58,474 nucleotides of DNA from Bigelowiella natans CCMP2755 (GCA_000320545.1 ADNK01000269.1:1-58474), one strand, 5' to 3'; numbered from the stretch's first letter, positions 35,221 to 45,640 are shown. Notes: generated by a model from the letters alone, not told the origin. Program-made: numbers and translations.

Positions 35221-38200
35221 ATGTCACAGCAGCTAGAAGAACAGCAGGACTTTGGCTCGCAGGCCGTGCAAGGGCACGAGCAGAAACAGGAAAGGAAGGG
35301 CGATACGGACGCTAAGGAAGGAGGAGGAACACCTCCACAGGCACCGCCGGGACCAGCACCCGGGATTAAGAAAGCAGATGCAGCAGCAGAGGCACTGGAG
35401 AACTTCTACGAGGCGGACGACGAGGACGTGGCCGCCGAAAGCAAGAAGGTCGTAATGGCATTACGAGCCTTGCGACCCAGGGCGAGCAACTACGCCAAAC
35501 TGAAAGTATCGATAGAATACAAGTATCAGACACATGATGTTTGGGCAGCTATCATGCAGGACATCATGGATTACGAAGCAGACTTACCTCCAGAGTGGGC
35601 AGCTTTGTTTAGGAACGACGGGGGTCTGGGCGCCTCGCGGGGGACGACCCAGAGCACCGTCAAGCAGCAGCAGCCGGTACAGCGGAACACCCAGTTCATG
35701 TCTGTTAAAACAGCACCGGTTATGATAACGAAATACAACGGGAAAAGAGGTGAGGCAAGGAGGTGGTGGAAGAACGCTAGGAGTATACTCTGCGACTTTA
35801 CCCCTAACCCCACCGAAAACGACAAGCTCAAATGGCTAGCTATAATAAAGCAAGCCATGGACCTTTACGAGACAGGCAGGACCCGGATCAGGCAGCTAGA
35901 GAAAATACACACTACAGTTAGTGGGCTACGAGACGTTGAGGCGATAATGAAGGCTTTTGTAAATGAACAGGATGCTAACTCCCTACCCCAGGCTATTAGA
36001 AAATACAGAGCAATGATGCAGCATGAGAGAGAACCTGTTAGAGACTTTGCCACGCGCTTCCAGGATATGATCGACGAACTACATGATTTTAATTACAACA
36101 CAGGTGATGATCAGGCAAGGTTTGAAGAGTTCAAGTTAAAGATAAAGGAATCCACTTACGTTACGGAGAAAGGCTACACCACGATGGAGGCAGCAGTGCA
36201 GGCTATATCCCTACGCGAGCAGGAGCAGGACCGCAAGTTTACCAGCCCTAAGGTACCTGGCATAGGAAACATTAACGCTATTAAGCCGCAGCGAGACTGG
36301 TACAAGGACAGGGAAGGTAACCGACGTTGCGGATACTGCTCACGTAAAGGGAAACACACCGCTAAAGACTGCAGAGACAGGAAAGAAGGACGACCCAGGA
36401 TGACGATCAGGCAGCTCAACGAACACTACGAGAAGTTAAAGAGAAAGAAAGGCAGAGGACAAGGATATAACAACAGCAAATGGCAAGGCAGCAACAACGG
36501 GAAGAACAATAAATATAAGAACAAAAAGCAGAACAGTATCAATGCTATACAGCAGCAGATAAACGGAATATTAGATCACCTTAAGCAGGCGCCGACGAAG
36601 ACAGCAGTACCAGCAACGCAGGACCAAGACAAGCCCATGACCCTAGACGACATAAAGAACTTAGGAGTATGCAACATTAATGACGAAGACGCTAACAGGA
36701 CTATCAAAGTTGCTATGACCAAGGTTAAAGTTAAAGACAGCTACGGAGACTACAAGAAACTACCTGCCCTTTGGGATAGTGGCAGCATGCCGAAGTCCTT
36801 CATAAGCCTAAGCACAGTAAGAAGGTTAGGACTATTGGATCAAGTGACTAAGAAAGAACGTAAATATGCTCAAGCAGACGGAAGCTCTTCCATGAAGACC
36901 GTCGGTGAGCTAATGCTAAAGCTACAGATACCTGGCAGCGACGCGGAGACCCAAATCAAGACCCGAGTAGCCATGACTTTATCCATGGAACTACTCCTCG
37001 GACAGGATGCCCTAGAAAAATTAGGGGGGATCATATCATTCTACAATCACAAGATATACTTTGCTAAGTTGCCAAAGAAGTCAGGCAGGACCATCAGCCA
37101 GAACATGATACGGCTTGACGAGTGGACCTCTGAGTCAAGCGTTAATGCGTTAGAGTTTATGGACCTAGCGGACAACAAGCTACCTACACCTACCGAGCTA
37201 CGGAAGAAGAACCCCGGCAAGACCATCCGACAGATAACGGAGCTACTGGACAAGACCCCCCCAGCTGATGATTGGGATATCGACAAAGGCAAAAAGTACA
37301 TTAATAAAATATTAAACGAGAAGTACTCTGACATCACCAAGCCGACGACGAAGCCCTCCAGCAAGCTTACCCCAGTAAAGATCGAGCTAAAGAAGGGATA
37401 CGAAGAGTGCATCATCAATGACCCAGAACATAGGCGACCGGAAGCGGACTGGGAAAAGATAGAGTGGCAGATCAATGAATGGGCAAAGGAAGGGAAGATA
37501 GAGCCAAGCAACTCACCATGGAACGTGAGACATGTGCTAGCTAAGAAACCTACTTACCCTTTCTTCCGCCTGGCGCACAACTTCATCCGCCACAACCGAG
37601 TAATAAAGAGGATCCAGACACCTACACCAAGGATAGATGACGTTATTGAACACGTCATAGGATACAAATACTACTCTTCCCTAGATAAAAATGAATCATA
37701 CATGCAGACACCCATCCACAAAACCTCCCGCCCCATTACCGCGTTCTCCAGCAGGCACAGGAAGTGGCACTTCGTCGTATTCCCTTACGGCCTAAGCATA
37801 TCAGGGGATGCGTTCAGTAGTCAGAACTACAGGGCATACACACATGATGGGATGGCGTCTGTGTTGTGGGTGTTTGTGTTTGTGTATGTGGATGATGACA
37901 TAATATGTACCAACACAGTCGTCGCTCAGATCTTCCTCCTGGAAAATATATTTATTAGGTTTGCACACTTCGGTTTTACTATTAGACTGCAGAAGTGTAC
38001 ATTCCTAGCTACAAGAATCAAGTGGTGTGGATATTACCTGGAGCAAGGCCGCATCACCCCAAACCCCGAGAAAGTAGCAGCACTACAGCAAGCCCCTAAA
38101 CCTAAGAATGCAAAGGAGTTAAAGTCATTCTTGCAGACTGCAGCTTGGATACTACGTAGGTTCTCCCCTACCTACGCTAGGACTGCAGCTGCTTTTACTA

Positions 38201-40194
38201 CTGCTTACCGGAAGGAGAACTCTGTAGGCCTCAGCTTCGCTAAGGTGTGGGCCAAGGCTGGCCTTGATGCCCACTTCGATAACCTAATAAAGTTATGCAG
38301 CAACACCCTATTGAATGCTAAGCTAGACACTACTAGACCAGCTACCCTATGGACAGACTGGTCTAAGCTAGGTATGGCTGCTGTACTTACCCAAGACCAG
38401 CAGATCATACGGGTGTGGGGCAGGGCCTGCACAGCAGCTGAGGCCAAGTACAGCCCTACAAAAGGAGAGTATAAAGCCATGACTGAGGCGCAGAGGAAAC
38501 TAAGATACTACCTGCTGTCGGTGCCCAGCTTCACCTTAATGACTGACCACAAGCCCCTCCTAGGCATCGACCGCAAGCTCGAAGCGCCTAACGATGAGTA
38601 TGCAGCTATGAGGGCGGACACGGAAGAGTTTAGGGACAAGAGGACAGTGGTCTACGCACCAGGAGACAAGCAGCTTGCTGACTATTTCAGCAGGCTGTTC
38701 GAAAAGAAAGTCCCTACCCAGGTCACCCCTATGGTTAACGCGATTACCTTCGAGGACGGCGACTTCCTGCCTGAGCCAGAGGAGCTCCAGCACCTTCAAG
38801 AACACCTGGATAAATACAAACACAAGCATGAGGTACTTAGTGATAGGATATATGTATACACTAATAATGTTAGGCGTACCTACGTGCCACGGCGGACCAG
38901 GGGAGCCCTTCTCTTTACCGCCCATGGACCTGCACACGTAGGAGAAAACCATATCACTGCTCTACTCTACCATTACTACTGGCCCTACAAGCTAAAAGAG
39001 ATAAGGACATACCTGCGTGGCTGCAGGTGCTCCAGCTTGAAGGCGGCAGGCGTCGCCACCAAGGAGTCCAGCAAGAGCCGTGCATCTAAGAAAATCAAAG
39101 CAAGGAACTTCTTAGATATCGTGCAAATTGATGTTTATAAGTACGATGGCTATCACTACCTTACCTTCGTTGATGTGGCCACTGGAAAGTGCTGGGTTAA
39201 AAAGATTATCAAGGTCAACGTTGCTAAGAAGAACAAAGGCTTATATAAGCAGAGGCTTACTAACTGCTACCGTACCTGGGAGTCTGAGCTCCAGGCTATC
39301 CCTGATGAAGTTAGCATAAACAAGATACCAAAGAAGTTACATGTGGATAATGAGACCTCTCTTCTACAGCTACCACACCCTAATATTGATGCCTCACCTG
39401 TATACTATGCCCAGTCCAACTCCAAGGTAGAGCGACTCCACCGCACCTTGGCCAACCTAAGCAGGATAAATAGCACCACACCAGACAAGATACAAGGGTT
39501 AGTAAACGACACCTTCACGTCTGGGGGAGGTATCAAGGATAAGGAGAGGGAAGAAGGCGACGACAACGACGACGATACCGAGAGCGAAGACGAGAAGGTC
39601 CCGTACGATGGCCGAGTTCTAAAGGAAGGACAGTATGTTAGGGCCAAGGTAAATCTGAGATCGAGAAATAAACAAGACCCCTTCTGGGGTGGCGTTGCAA
39701 AGGTTACCGAGAGGAAGGGGAGGAAGCAGTACTACATCTATGATGGGAACAGGGTCACCTTGCGCCACATCAGTCACCTAAAGAATTATGATATCGGTGA
39801 GAAGCTCCTAGAGGATGTTAAAGTAAACCCTACTGTGTGGGAGCGAGCAATGCCTTGTTTAGGACCCCGACCTAAGTTCGATGTGGAATATGGAAACAAT
39901 AAGGTCAGGGTGAACGACGATTGGCGCATGAAGATTGTCTATCTAGGCTACCCTGGATTACGAAATATGGAGAGGGTAGCTATGAAAATAAAGGACGGAA
40001 AATATCAGCTACTCTACCTAGCTGTTCCCGACTTACCCTTTGAGCACTGGTATAAGGTCCTGGGGGACCTTGATGCAGAGGGCTGGTATGGACACGAACC
40101 TAAGGACGAAGGTGAGTTCTGGGTAAGCGACAAAGGAGATAAGGTTAGAGAGGAATCTATTACCTGGTGGTTGGTGAAGTTCCGAAAGCGATGA
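35221..40194 (+). CDS. gag-pol polyprotein: Gag with zinc knuckle, aspartic protease, reverse transcriptase, RNase H, integrase, C-terminal Dam-like domain
   Basis: Knuckle CGYCSRKGKHTAKDC; protease ALWDSGS; RT LDKNESYMQ, FPYGL, YVDD; RNase H WTDWS, GEYKA, TDHKPL, ADYFSR; integrase H-H-CxC, QID..VD..DNE..VER, then a GPY/F-like segment. Confidence 0.97.
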   Translation: MSQQLEEQQDFGSQAVQGHEQKQERKGDTDAKEGGGTPPQAPPGPAPGIKKADAAAEALENFYEADDEDVAAESKKVVMALRALRPRASNYAKLKVSIEYKYQTHDVWAAIMQDIMDYEADLPPEWAALFRNDGGLGASRGTTQSTVKQQQPVQRNTQFMSVKTAPVMITKYNGKRGEARRWWKNARSILCDFTPNPTENDKLKWLAIIKQAMDLYETGRTRIRQLEKIHTTVSGLRDVEAIMKAFVNEQDANSLPQAIRKYRAMMQHEREPVRDFATRFQDMIDELHDFNYNTGDDQARFEEFKLKIKESTYVTEKGYTTMEAAVQAISLREQEQDRKFTSPKVPGIGNINAIKPQRDWYKDREGNRRCGYCSRKGKHTAKDCRDRKEGRPRMTIRQLNEHYEKLKRKKGRGQGYNNSKWQGSNNGKNNKYKNKKQNSINAIQQQINGILDHLKQAPTKTAVPATQDQDKPMTLDDIKNLGVCNINDEDANRTIKVAMTKVKVKDSYGDYKKLPALWDSGSMPKSFISLSTVRRLGLLDQVTKKERKYAQADGSSSMKTVGELMLKLQIPGSDAETQIKTRVAMTLSMELLLGQDALEKLGGIISFYNHKIYFAKLPKKSGRTISQNMIRLDEWTSESSVNALEFMDLADNKLPTPTELRKKNPGKTIRQITELLDKTPPADDWDIDKGKKYINKILNEKYSDITKPTTKPSSKLTPVKIELKKGYEECIINDPEHRRPEADWEKIEWQINEWAKEGKIEPSNSPWNVRHVLAKKPTYPFFRLAHNFIRHNRVIKRIQTPTPRIDDVIEHVIGYKYYSSLDKNESYMQTPIHKTSRPITAFSSRHRKWHFVVFPYGLSISGDAFSSQNYRAYTHDGMASVLWVFVFVYVDDDIICTNTVVAQIFLLENIFIRFAHFGFTIRLQKCTFLATRIKWCGYYLEQGRITPNPEKVAALQQAPKPKNAKELKSFLQTAAWILRRFSPTYARTAAAFTTAYRKENSVGLSFAKVWAKAGLDAHFDNLIKLCSNTLLNAKLDTTRPATLWTDWSKLGMAAVLTQDQQIIRVWGRACTAAEAKYSPTKGEYKAMTEAQRKLRYYLLSVPSFTLMTDHKPLLGIDRKLEAPNDEYAAMRADTEEFRDKRTVVYAPGDKQLADYFSRLFEKKVPTQVTPMVNAITFEDGDFLPEPEELQHLQEHLDKYKHKHEVLSDRIYVYTNNVRRTYVPRRTRGALLFTAHGPAHVGENHITALLYHYYWPYKLKEIRTYLRGCRCSSLKAAGVATKESSKSRASKKIKARNFLDIVQIDVYKYDGYHYLTFVDVATGKCWVKKIIKVNVAKKNKGLYKQRLTNCYRTWESELQAIPDEVSINKIPKKLHVDNETSLLQLPHPNIDASPVYYAQSNSKVERLHRTLANLSRINSTTPDKIQGLVNDTFTSGGGIKDKEREEGDDNDDDTESEDEKVPYDGRVLKEGQYVRAKVNLRSRNKQDPFWGGVAKVTERKGRKQYYIYDGNRVTLRHISHLKNYDIGEKLLEDVKVNPTVWERAMPCLGPRPKFDVEYGNNKVRVNDDWRMKIVYLGYPGLRNMERVAMKIKDGKYQLLYLAVPDLPFEHWYKVLGDLDAEGWYGHEPKDEGEFWVSDKGDKVREESITWWLVKFRKR

Positions 40195-40237
40195 AGGTCT
40201 AAGGGAATAAGGAAGGAAGGAAGGAGCAACGTGACTT

Positions 40238-40245
40238 GGGGGAGG
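40238..40245 (+). other. polypurine tract of copy 2
   Basis: GGGGGAGG lies immediately before the 3' LTR, with a purine-rich run at 40201-40226 upstream. Confidence 0.8.
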
Positions 40246-40571
40246 TGTAGCGCGTACCACTACGCGGGCACAAGTCACGTGCGACAACAAAGGGGTTGTC
40301 GCGGATATAGAATATAGATAACGTAGATATTAATACAGCATAGGCACGTGGGTTCCGGCGGGACTCATGGCAGCACACCGGAAGTGTGCTGCCCCACGTG
40401 CGGCGGCATTCGCGAAAGCTTCGCGAATGATTACGCAGTGCACGATTTAATAAAAATATAATCTTTAATAAAAATAAACACAACTCTTCAAAAGGAAGCA
40501 AACGTGCCTTTCCCCCCCCCTGCCTACTTGTGCACGTAGCGCCTCGGCCTGTGAACACCTTACGCGCAACA
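40246..40571 (+). repeat. 3' LTR of copy 2
   Basis: Apparently identical to 34856-35181. Confidence 0.97.
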
Positions 40572-41400
40572 CAACCGCTTCTGCTGCATGCTGAATCACT
40601 TCATTCGTTCATTCATTCATGGTTCAATTGGAGGTGTCACTGATTGAGGAGGACATGGATGAGTCAGCATGTCTCATGATCCTTTCAATGGCTCCAATGT
40701 GAACACTTCTTCCTTTCTTGTGACATTCTTTCTTTCTTTCTTTCTTTCTTGGGCAGTTGACTGTCTGAGGAGACTGAGGAGGGCGTGGATGAGTCATGAA
40801 ATCGATGATCCTTTCAGATCCACCAGTCTCGCTGGGCTGCATCGCCACAGCTGTGCTGGTGTGGCGCGCACGTGCATGTGCTGGTGTGGTTGTTCCACGC
40901 AGTTTCCTCGGACGCGTTTGCAATGCACGGTGTGGCACACGCAAGTCGATCCGGGCAGCAAGTGCAATGATCTGCCATGCATTGGATGCATTGCAGCAGC
41001 TGCATGACAGCGATTGTGCCATTCACGTGCCAACACGATGCATGCATCGAAGCCATGCTGGCATGCTGCATGGTGGCACGTGCTTCATTCGCTGCTCGTC
41101 GAAGCCACACTCTGTGGTGGCATGTGCTTTCACTCGTCGTGAATGTTGCCGCGACGCTTGAGCGCACGATGCCGCGGCACAGCTAGTTTTGGACGCGCAC
41201 ACCCATGCGCTCGCTCGCACATTGCTAGATTACTAGATTGCCTGACGCGCAAAACATCAAACGGTGCGTCGTGCATGCTAGCATGTGTGCTTGCGTGCAT
41301 GCGCGACAGCAGTGGTCTCACGTTTCACGCTCGTGCACGCACGCTCTCGTCTTGTCTGCAGCAGCGTTCACAATGCATGCTTTGCAAACTTCTAGATTTG
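40572..41400. other. TpA-depleted block flanking copy 2
   Basis: No TA at all in 40572-41182 (about 610 bp). The 6 TA up to 41400 include 5 in CTAG. Confidence 0.88.
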
Positions 41401-41807
41401 TGCATGTAGAGATGCTAACACTATAACACACGTACATTGTCAGTCATCGCATGCACACGCGGAGCACACTAGCTCGTCATGCCATGCACAATGCTAATCC
41501 GAAGTGACGTTGCATGTGAGCTACACTAGCTGTGCGTGCATGTACGTGTAGTAGCACATATACATTGCGCATACTACGTTGTACGCCTGTCTAGCTGTGT
41601 CTACGCACTAGCGATGGCGGGTGTTCTGGTAGCTGGGGTCCGCATGCATGTGTGCGTGAAGGCGATCCGCAGGTGCGATGATAATAGACAGCTACATGCT
41701 GCGTGCGCTAGTCGTACGTCTAAATATGCTGGCAGCGAAACCCTAATGATAATAGAAATAGTAATATGATATTATAGGGACTTTAAGTCCCTATAATATA
41801 CACCTAT

Positions 41808-41860
<53 letters not shown>

Positions 41861-42099
41861 ATGACGTTATCTATAATAAATATTTATAATAGACATAGTA
41901 ATATGATGTATATTATACACATATCACATTATGTTGTCTAATGATAATGTAGGAGTGCTTGCCAAGATGCGAGAAAATGATCTAGATAAAGATAGCATCT
42001 TAGCTGTAAATGTGATTTGCAATGATTTTATTTTGTAGATCCCCCATCGTAATTGTAGTTTGAAACACGGTCTAACACCGCCTCATATGAACATCACAT

Positions 42100-43052
42100 G
42101 CGCTTGTGAGTGGCATCACTTGGGTATGCAACTATGTGCAGCTAGTGCCGTTTTCATTCAATCATTCTCATATTTCAGTCACAGTGTGTGACTAACTCTC
42201 CGCTGCAGCGTGGGCTTGAAGAATATGCCTTGGGGTGTGGAAAAAATAATAATAGTCCCGTCATGTTCAGAGCACAGTTGTTGAGAAAGAGCGACACACA
42301 CAATCCGATATATTCAATGGTTCATCAAGTAAACCGAAAGCATACCTTCGAAGTGTTGATGGATAAACGAAGGTCTTATCACACGCTGAACGTATAACAA
42401 CGCATTATTAGCTTTAAGAAAGTAGGAAACTTGTTCATGATGTACCCACCTGCGCACTCGTACTGCGATGTGTGCGATCTCTGAATGTGTACAAATATTC
42501 GTATTCATTATAGTCCGCATTTGTTAGCGCTAAGCAGCTTCATTATTACCATGTGTGCTTGTAAGCTGGTTCGATGCTTATACCAGCGGTTACAGGTATC
42601 ACAATGATATGTGGTCGAATTCTGATGGAAGACATAAAGCCGCCTTTTTTACATTATGTTTCTCTATCGTAAAAACCATATTTATAAACCTCATGCGTCA
42701 TTCCATGCAGCCCCAGGTCGTTCTTATTCGACGTTTTGTATTGGCACTACGAGATTGGTTTATATTAAACTATGTTTCACATAAAATCTTCCGCAGCAAC
42801 ATGGATGGACAACTCTCCACCACTGTCTAGATTGTGGTAATCATTTACCTTTGAGCATCTGAAAGGCTTTACGTGTTTATTGTACGCCATCTAATTATTT
42901 AGTTGAACACCCCTGAATTCAGTTGAGACCAATTCTTTCTTAACATACACCCCCATGTCAACCTTTCCACCACACTAGGATGATGAGAATTGTCATCGTC
43001 AAATAAGCTCCAACGCACACACACACGCAAACACACACATAAATAAATATGT

Positions 43053-43103
<51 letters not shown>

Positions 43104-43106
43104 AAC

Positions 43107-43145
<39 letters not shown>

Positions 43146-43913
43146 ACTGTGTTGAACGCTTCATCACAGCTTGGACACTTCAGTTTCGACAGAACCTGAT
43201 AAGATGCGGGGGTTGGGGTTATTCATTTTTAGTATTATGGTAATAGTATTATCATAGTGTGGCTCACTGGTATTCTTCGCCGCCGCAGAGATGTTTTCTG
43301 ATTATCAGCATATTGGCTTTAAGCATAATGGAGATGTCATCTTCGGATTGCATAAAAAACACATTCACGAGCGGCCAAAAACGCTATGTAGACACTATAA
43401 TATAAACTTGATTTGATAAGATCGAAATGGTGCGGTGTTCGTTCACCATATTGCAATTGTGATTCTTTAGCTTTGACAAAGAGTTTTCAACGAAATGGCA
43501 CTGGATGAATAAAGCAAAACAGAATTTCCATTGTTCGACGGCGTAAATATTGGAAGGTTAACAGACATGTGATAACACCTTGGGACAAGTAAGGGATTTC
43601 ATATGCTTTTGGCGAATGTGCAATGCGCGACCACTCTGGGAAATTCATACAAATAACTCAGTAGGATTCTGGTGTAGCTAAAAATGCAAGAATGACCTGG
43701 TAGACGTACGCTGCATCACAATGCGGACACTGATACTTTGCCGCCTACACGTGGTAATTAAAGTAAATTAATCTTCTATCGCTGAATATTTTAGAAATTG
43801 ACCTGTTCTCTAGTCGTTGGGCCCTGGGTTTCTAATAAAATGCTCAGTCTCAGAGCTTTTTCGATGATCAAAAGGATTCCCGCCAAACTCTTTACGCAGC
43901 TGGGCACAGCCAT
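42100..43913 (-). CDS. zinc-finger protein, many small exons (boundaries approximate)
   Basis: Exon translations YQCPHCDAAYVYQ, LKCPSCDEAFNT and YHCDTCNRWYKHRTSLQAH (C2H2-like), flanked by splice sites. Confidence 0.5.
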
Positions 43914-44486
43914 TAGAGCCCCATTACTTTGTTCCCTTTCCGTCCCCTCTTCGTTCAGCCTCCTTGCAACTTAGTACGAGTATATAGAGGAGTAGACAAC
44001 CTTCTCTCTCTCCCTATCTCTGTGCCTATGCCTCCTCTCTCCCTCTCGGTCGGTCGGTCGGTCGGTCGGTCGGTCGGTCGGTCGGCGTCGGCTTTGCTCT
44101 GGTGGCAGGACTGCTGGCAATGATGATTTTACCTAAAAATAAGAGCGACGAAATCAGATTAACATTTGTTGGTGAAATTTCCTAAAACGGAGTTTGTTTG
44201 CTTTTTAGGGTATGGTATGTAGCTGGTAACGACCGGCAGCTTTTGCCGAAACTGAAATGTATCCGACGTGCGTACTGGGTGAAGAGGGTGGCGAGGAGGA
44301 GGACTTGATTTCCATGAGAGAGAAAAGAACAAAGCTGCTGACTGGCAGGCACATTGCGTTTGTCATTCTTATTTATTCTTTTGTTTGAGAAAAAGTTTCA
44401 TCGCATCTGTCGGCACGTGATATCCCTCCCTTGCTCGGAGAACGTACAGCGAAGATAAAGACCGCTCCTCCCCCGTACCTGCTTTA

Positions 44487-45402
44487 ATGAGGCAGCCTTT
44501 GCTCAACCCCAACGAAGAGCAGCAAAATGGTCACAAGAACATCTTTCAGGCTTAGTTCTTGACTTTGTGAGACAATTTACTTTTATTAGAGTATAGGAAC
44601 ATATCCCTGCCATCAGGCCGGGGGTATGTTTGGGGCAGTTAATTCCATCGCATGCTTAACTTTGCTTCTAACCTACGCCATATTTCTTCTGTGAATGGTC
44701 TTTGTTTCTTAACAGTTGGTGGGAGTCAGGCTTGCGGCTATGAGTCGACTTCTCGCAAAACCGAGATGTTCAATGTTTTGACGGTGAATTCTCCTCCATT
44801 ATCGGTTGTATTTGTCACACTACTAGCAACTTTCCTACTCACAACTTCGCAAGAACCCCACACTAGTCTATAGCAAAACCATTAACTAATCTCTAGGACG
44901 CATGGAAAGAGTTTGGTGACCTGCTGTCGGCACCGGTGAGAGGCATAAAACACCATTGTATTCTTAATAATCAGCGATATCATTGTTGCCGCCATTGTCG
45001 TCGTTCTTCCGAATATCAGGTGTTCCTAGCATGGTCCTTGCTAAAGTCAATCTTGTGGGCCCCTATAGGCCTTATTTTCTTTGCTATCATCCCTGGCGCT
45101 CTCCATTGCTGGAGGCCATCTAAAAGGTTTATTTCGCCTGTTACCCTCGGCATTCCCCTTTCACGTTTTCCCTCTTTACTTCTTTGGGTAACAATGATCT
45201 CTCCAGCTTCACGGAAGCTAATATATTCTTCTCTTCATACATTGGTTATCTAAAGGATCGACGAGGAGGATGCGATGAGCGAGTTCGACACACAGGACAA
45301 AAGTCGCCACCGGCAACGTGCTCATACGACGTATATTCAAAAGACCGACTTCCTTACTTGCGAAGTTTGGCCAGGTGATTTTCCATGCTAATGATTGAGC
45401 GT

Positions 45403-45445
<43 letters not shown>

Positions 45446-45640
45446 CCATAAATTTCCACATAATTAGTTCCTTCGGCGCGAAACCGTTACGCGTACATCA
45501 TCATCGATAAGGCGAGTGGCAGTTGCTGCGTGGTTGACCCTCCCCCTCCTTCCGTAACGCGACAAGGGCAGGACTGCTCAGCCCTCTTTGCAGCTTGCTC
45601 TAGCTTAGGTGTTAATCCGACTTATCTGTTCGTCACGCAG
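44487..45640 (+). CDS. hypothetical membrane protein, multi-exon (boundaries approximate)
   Basis: Short AG...GT bounded exons such as MRQPLLNPNEEQQNGHK, DAWKEFGDLLSAP and VFLAWSLLKSILWAPIGLIFFAIIPG. Confidence 0.35.

Larger units (their letters stand above)
34856..40571 (+). mobile_element. Ty3/gypsy LTR retrotransposon, copy 2 (intact, recent)
   Basis: Apparently identical 326-bp LTRs, 4-bp TSD CAAC (34852-34855 and 40572-40575), PBS, PPT and a single intact 1657-aa ORF. Confidence 0.98.

Noticed and set aside
566-40571. Classical RIP (CpA->TpA) as the cause of the TA/CA differences
   Set aside because: Three-way LTR comparison and conserved RT residues polarise the change as TA loss. No premature stops were created, and old blocks are TA-free rather than TA-rich.
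12001-41400. CpG methylation decay as the source of TG/CA excess
   Set aside because: CpG remains abundant in the blocks while TpA is the missing dinucleotide.
41808-41860. (CA)n(TA)n compound microsatellites as TA->CA conversion intermediates
   Set aside because: Compound dinucleotide microsatellites are common in eukaryotes and cannot be polarised here.
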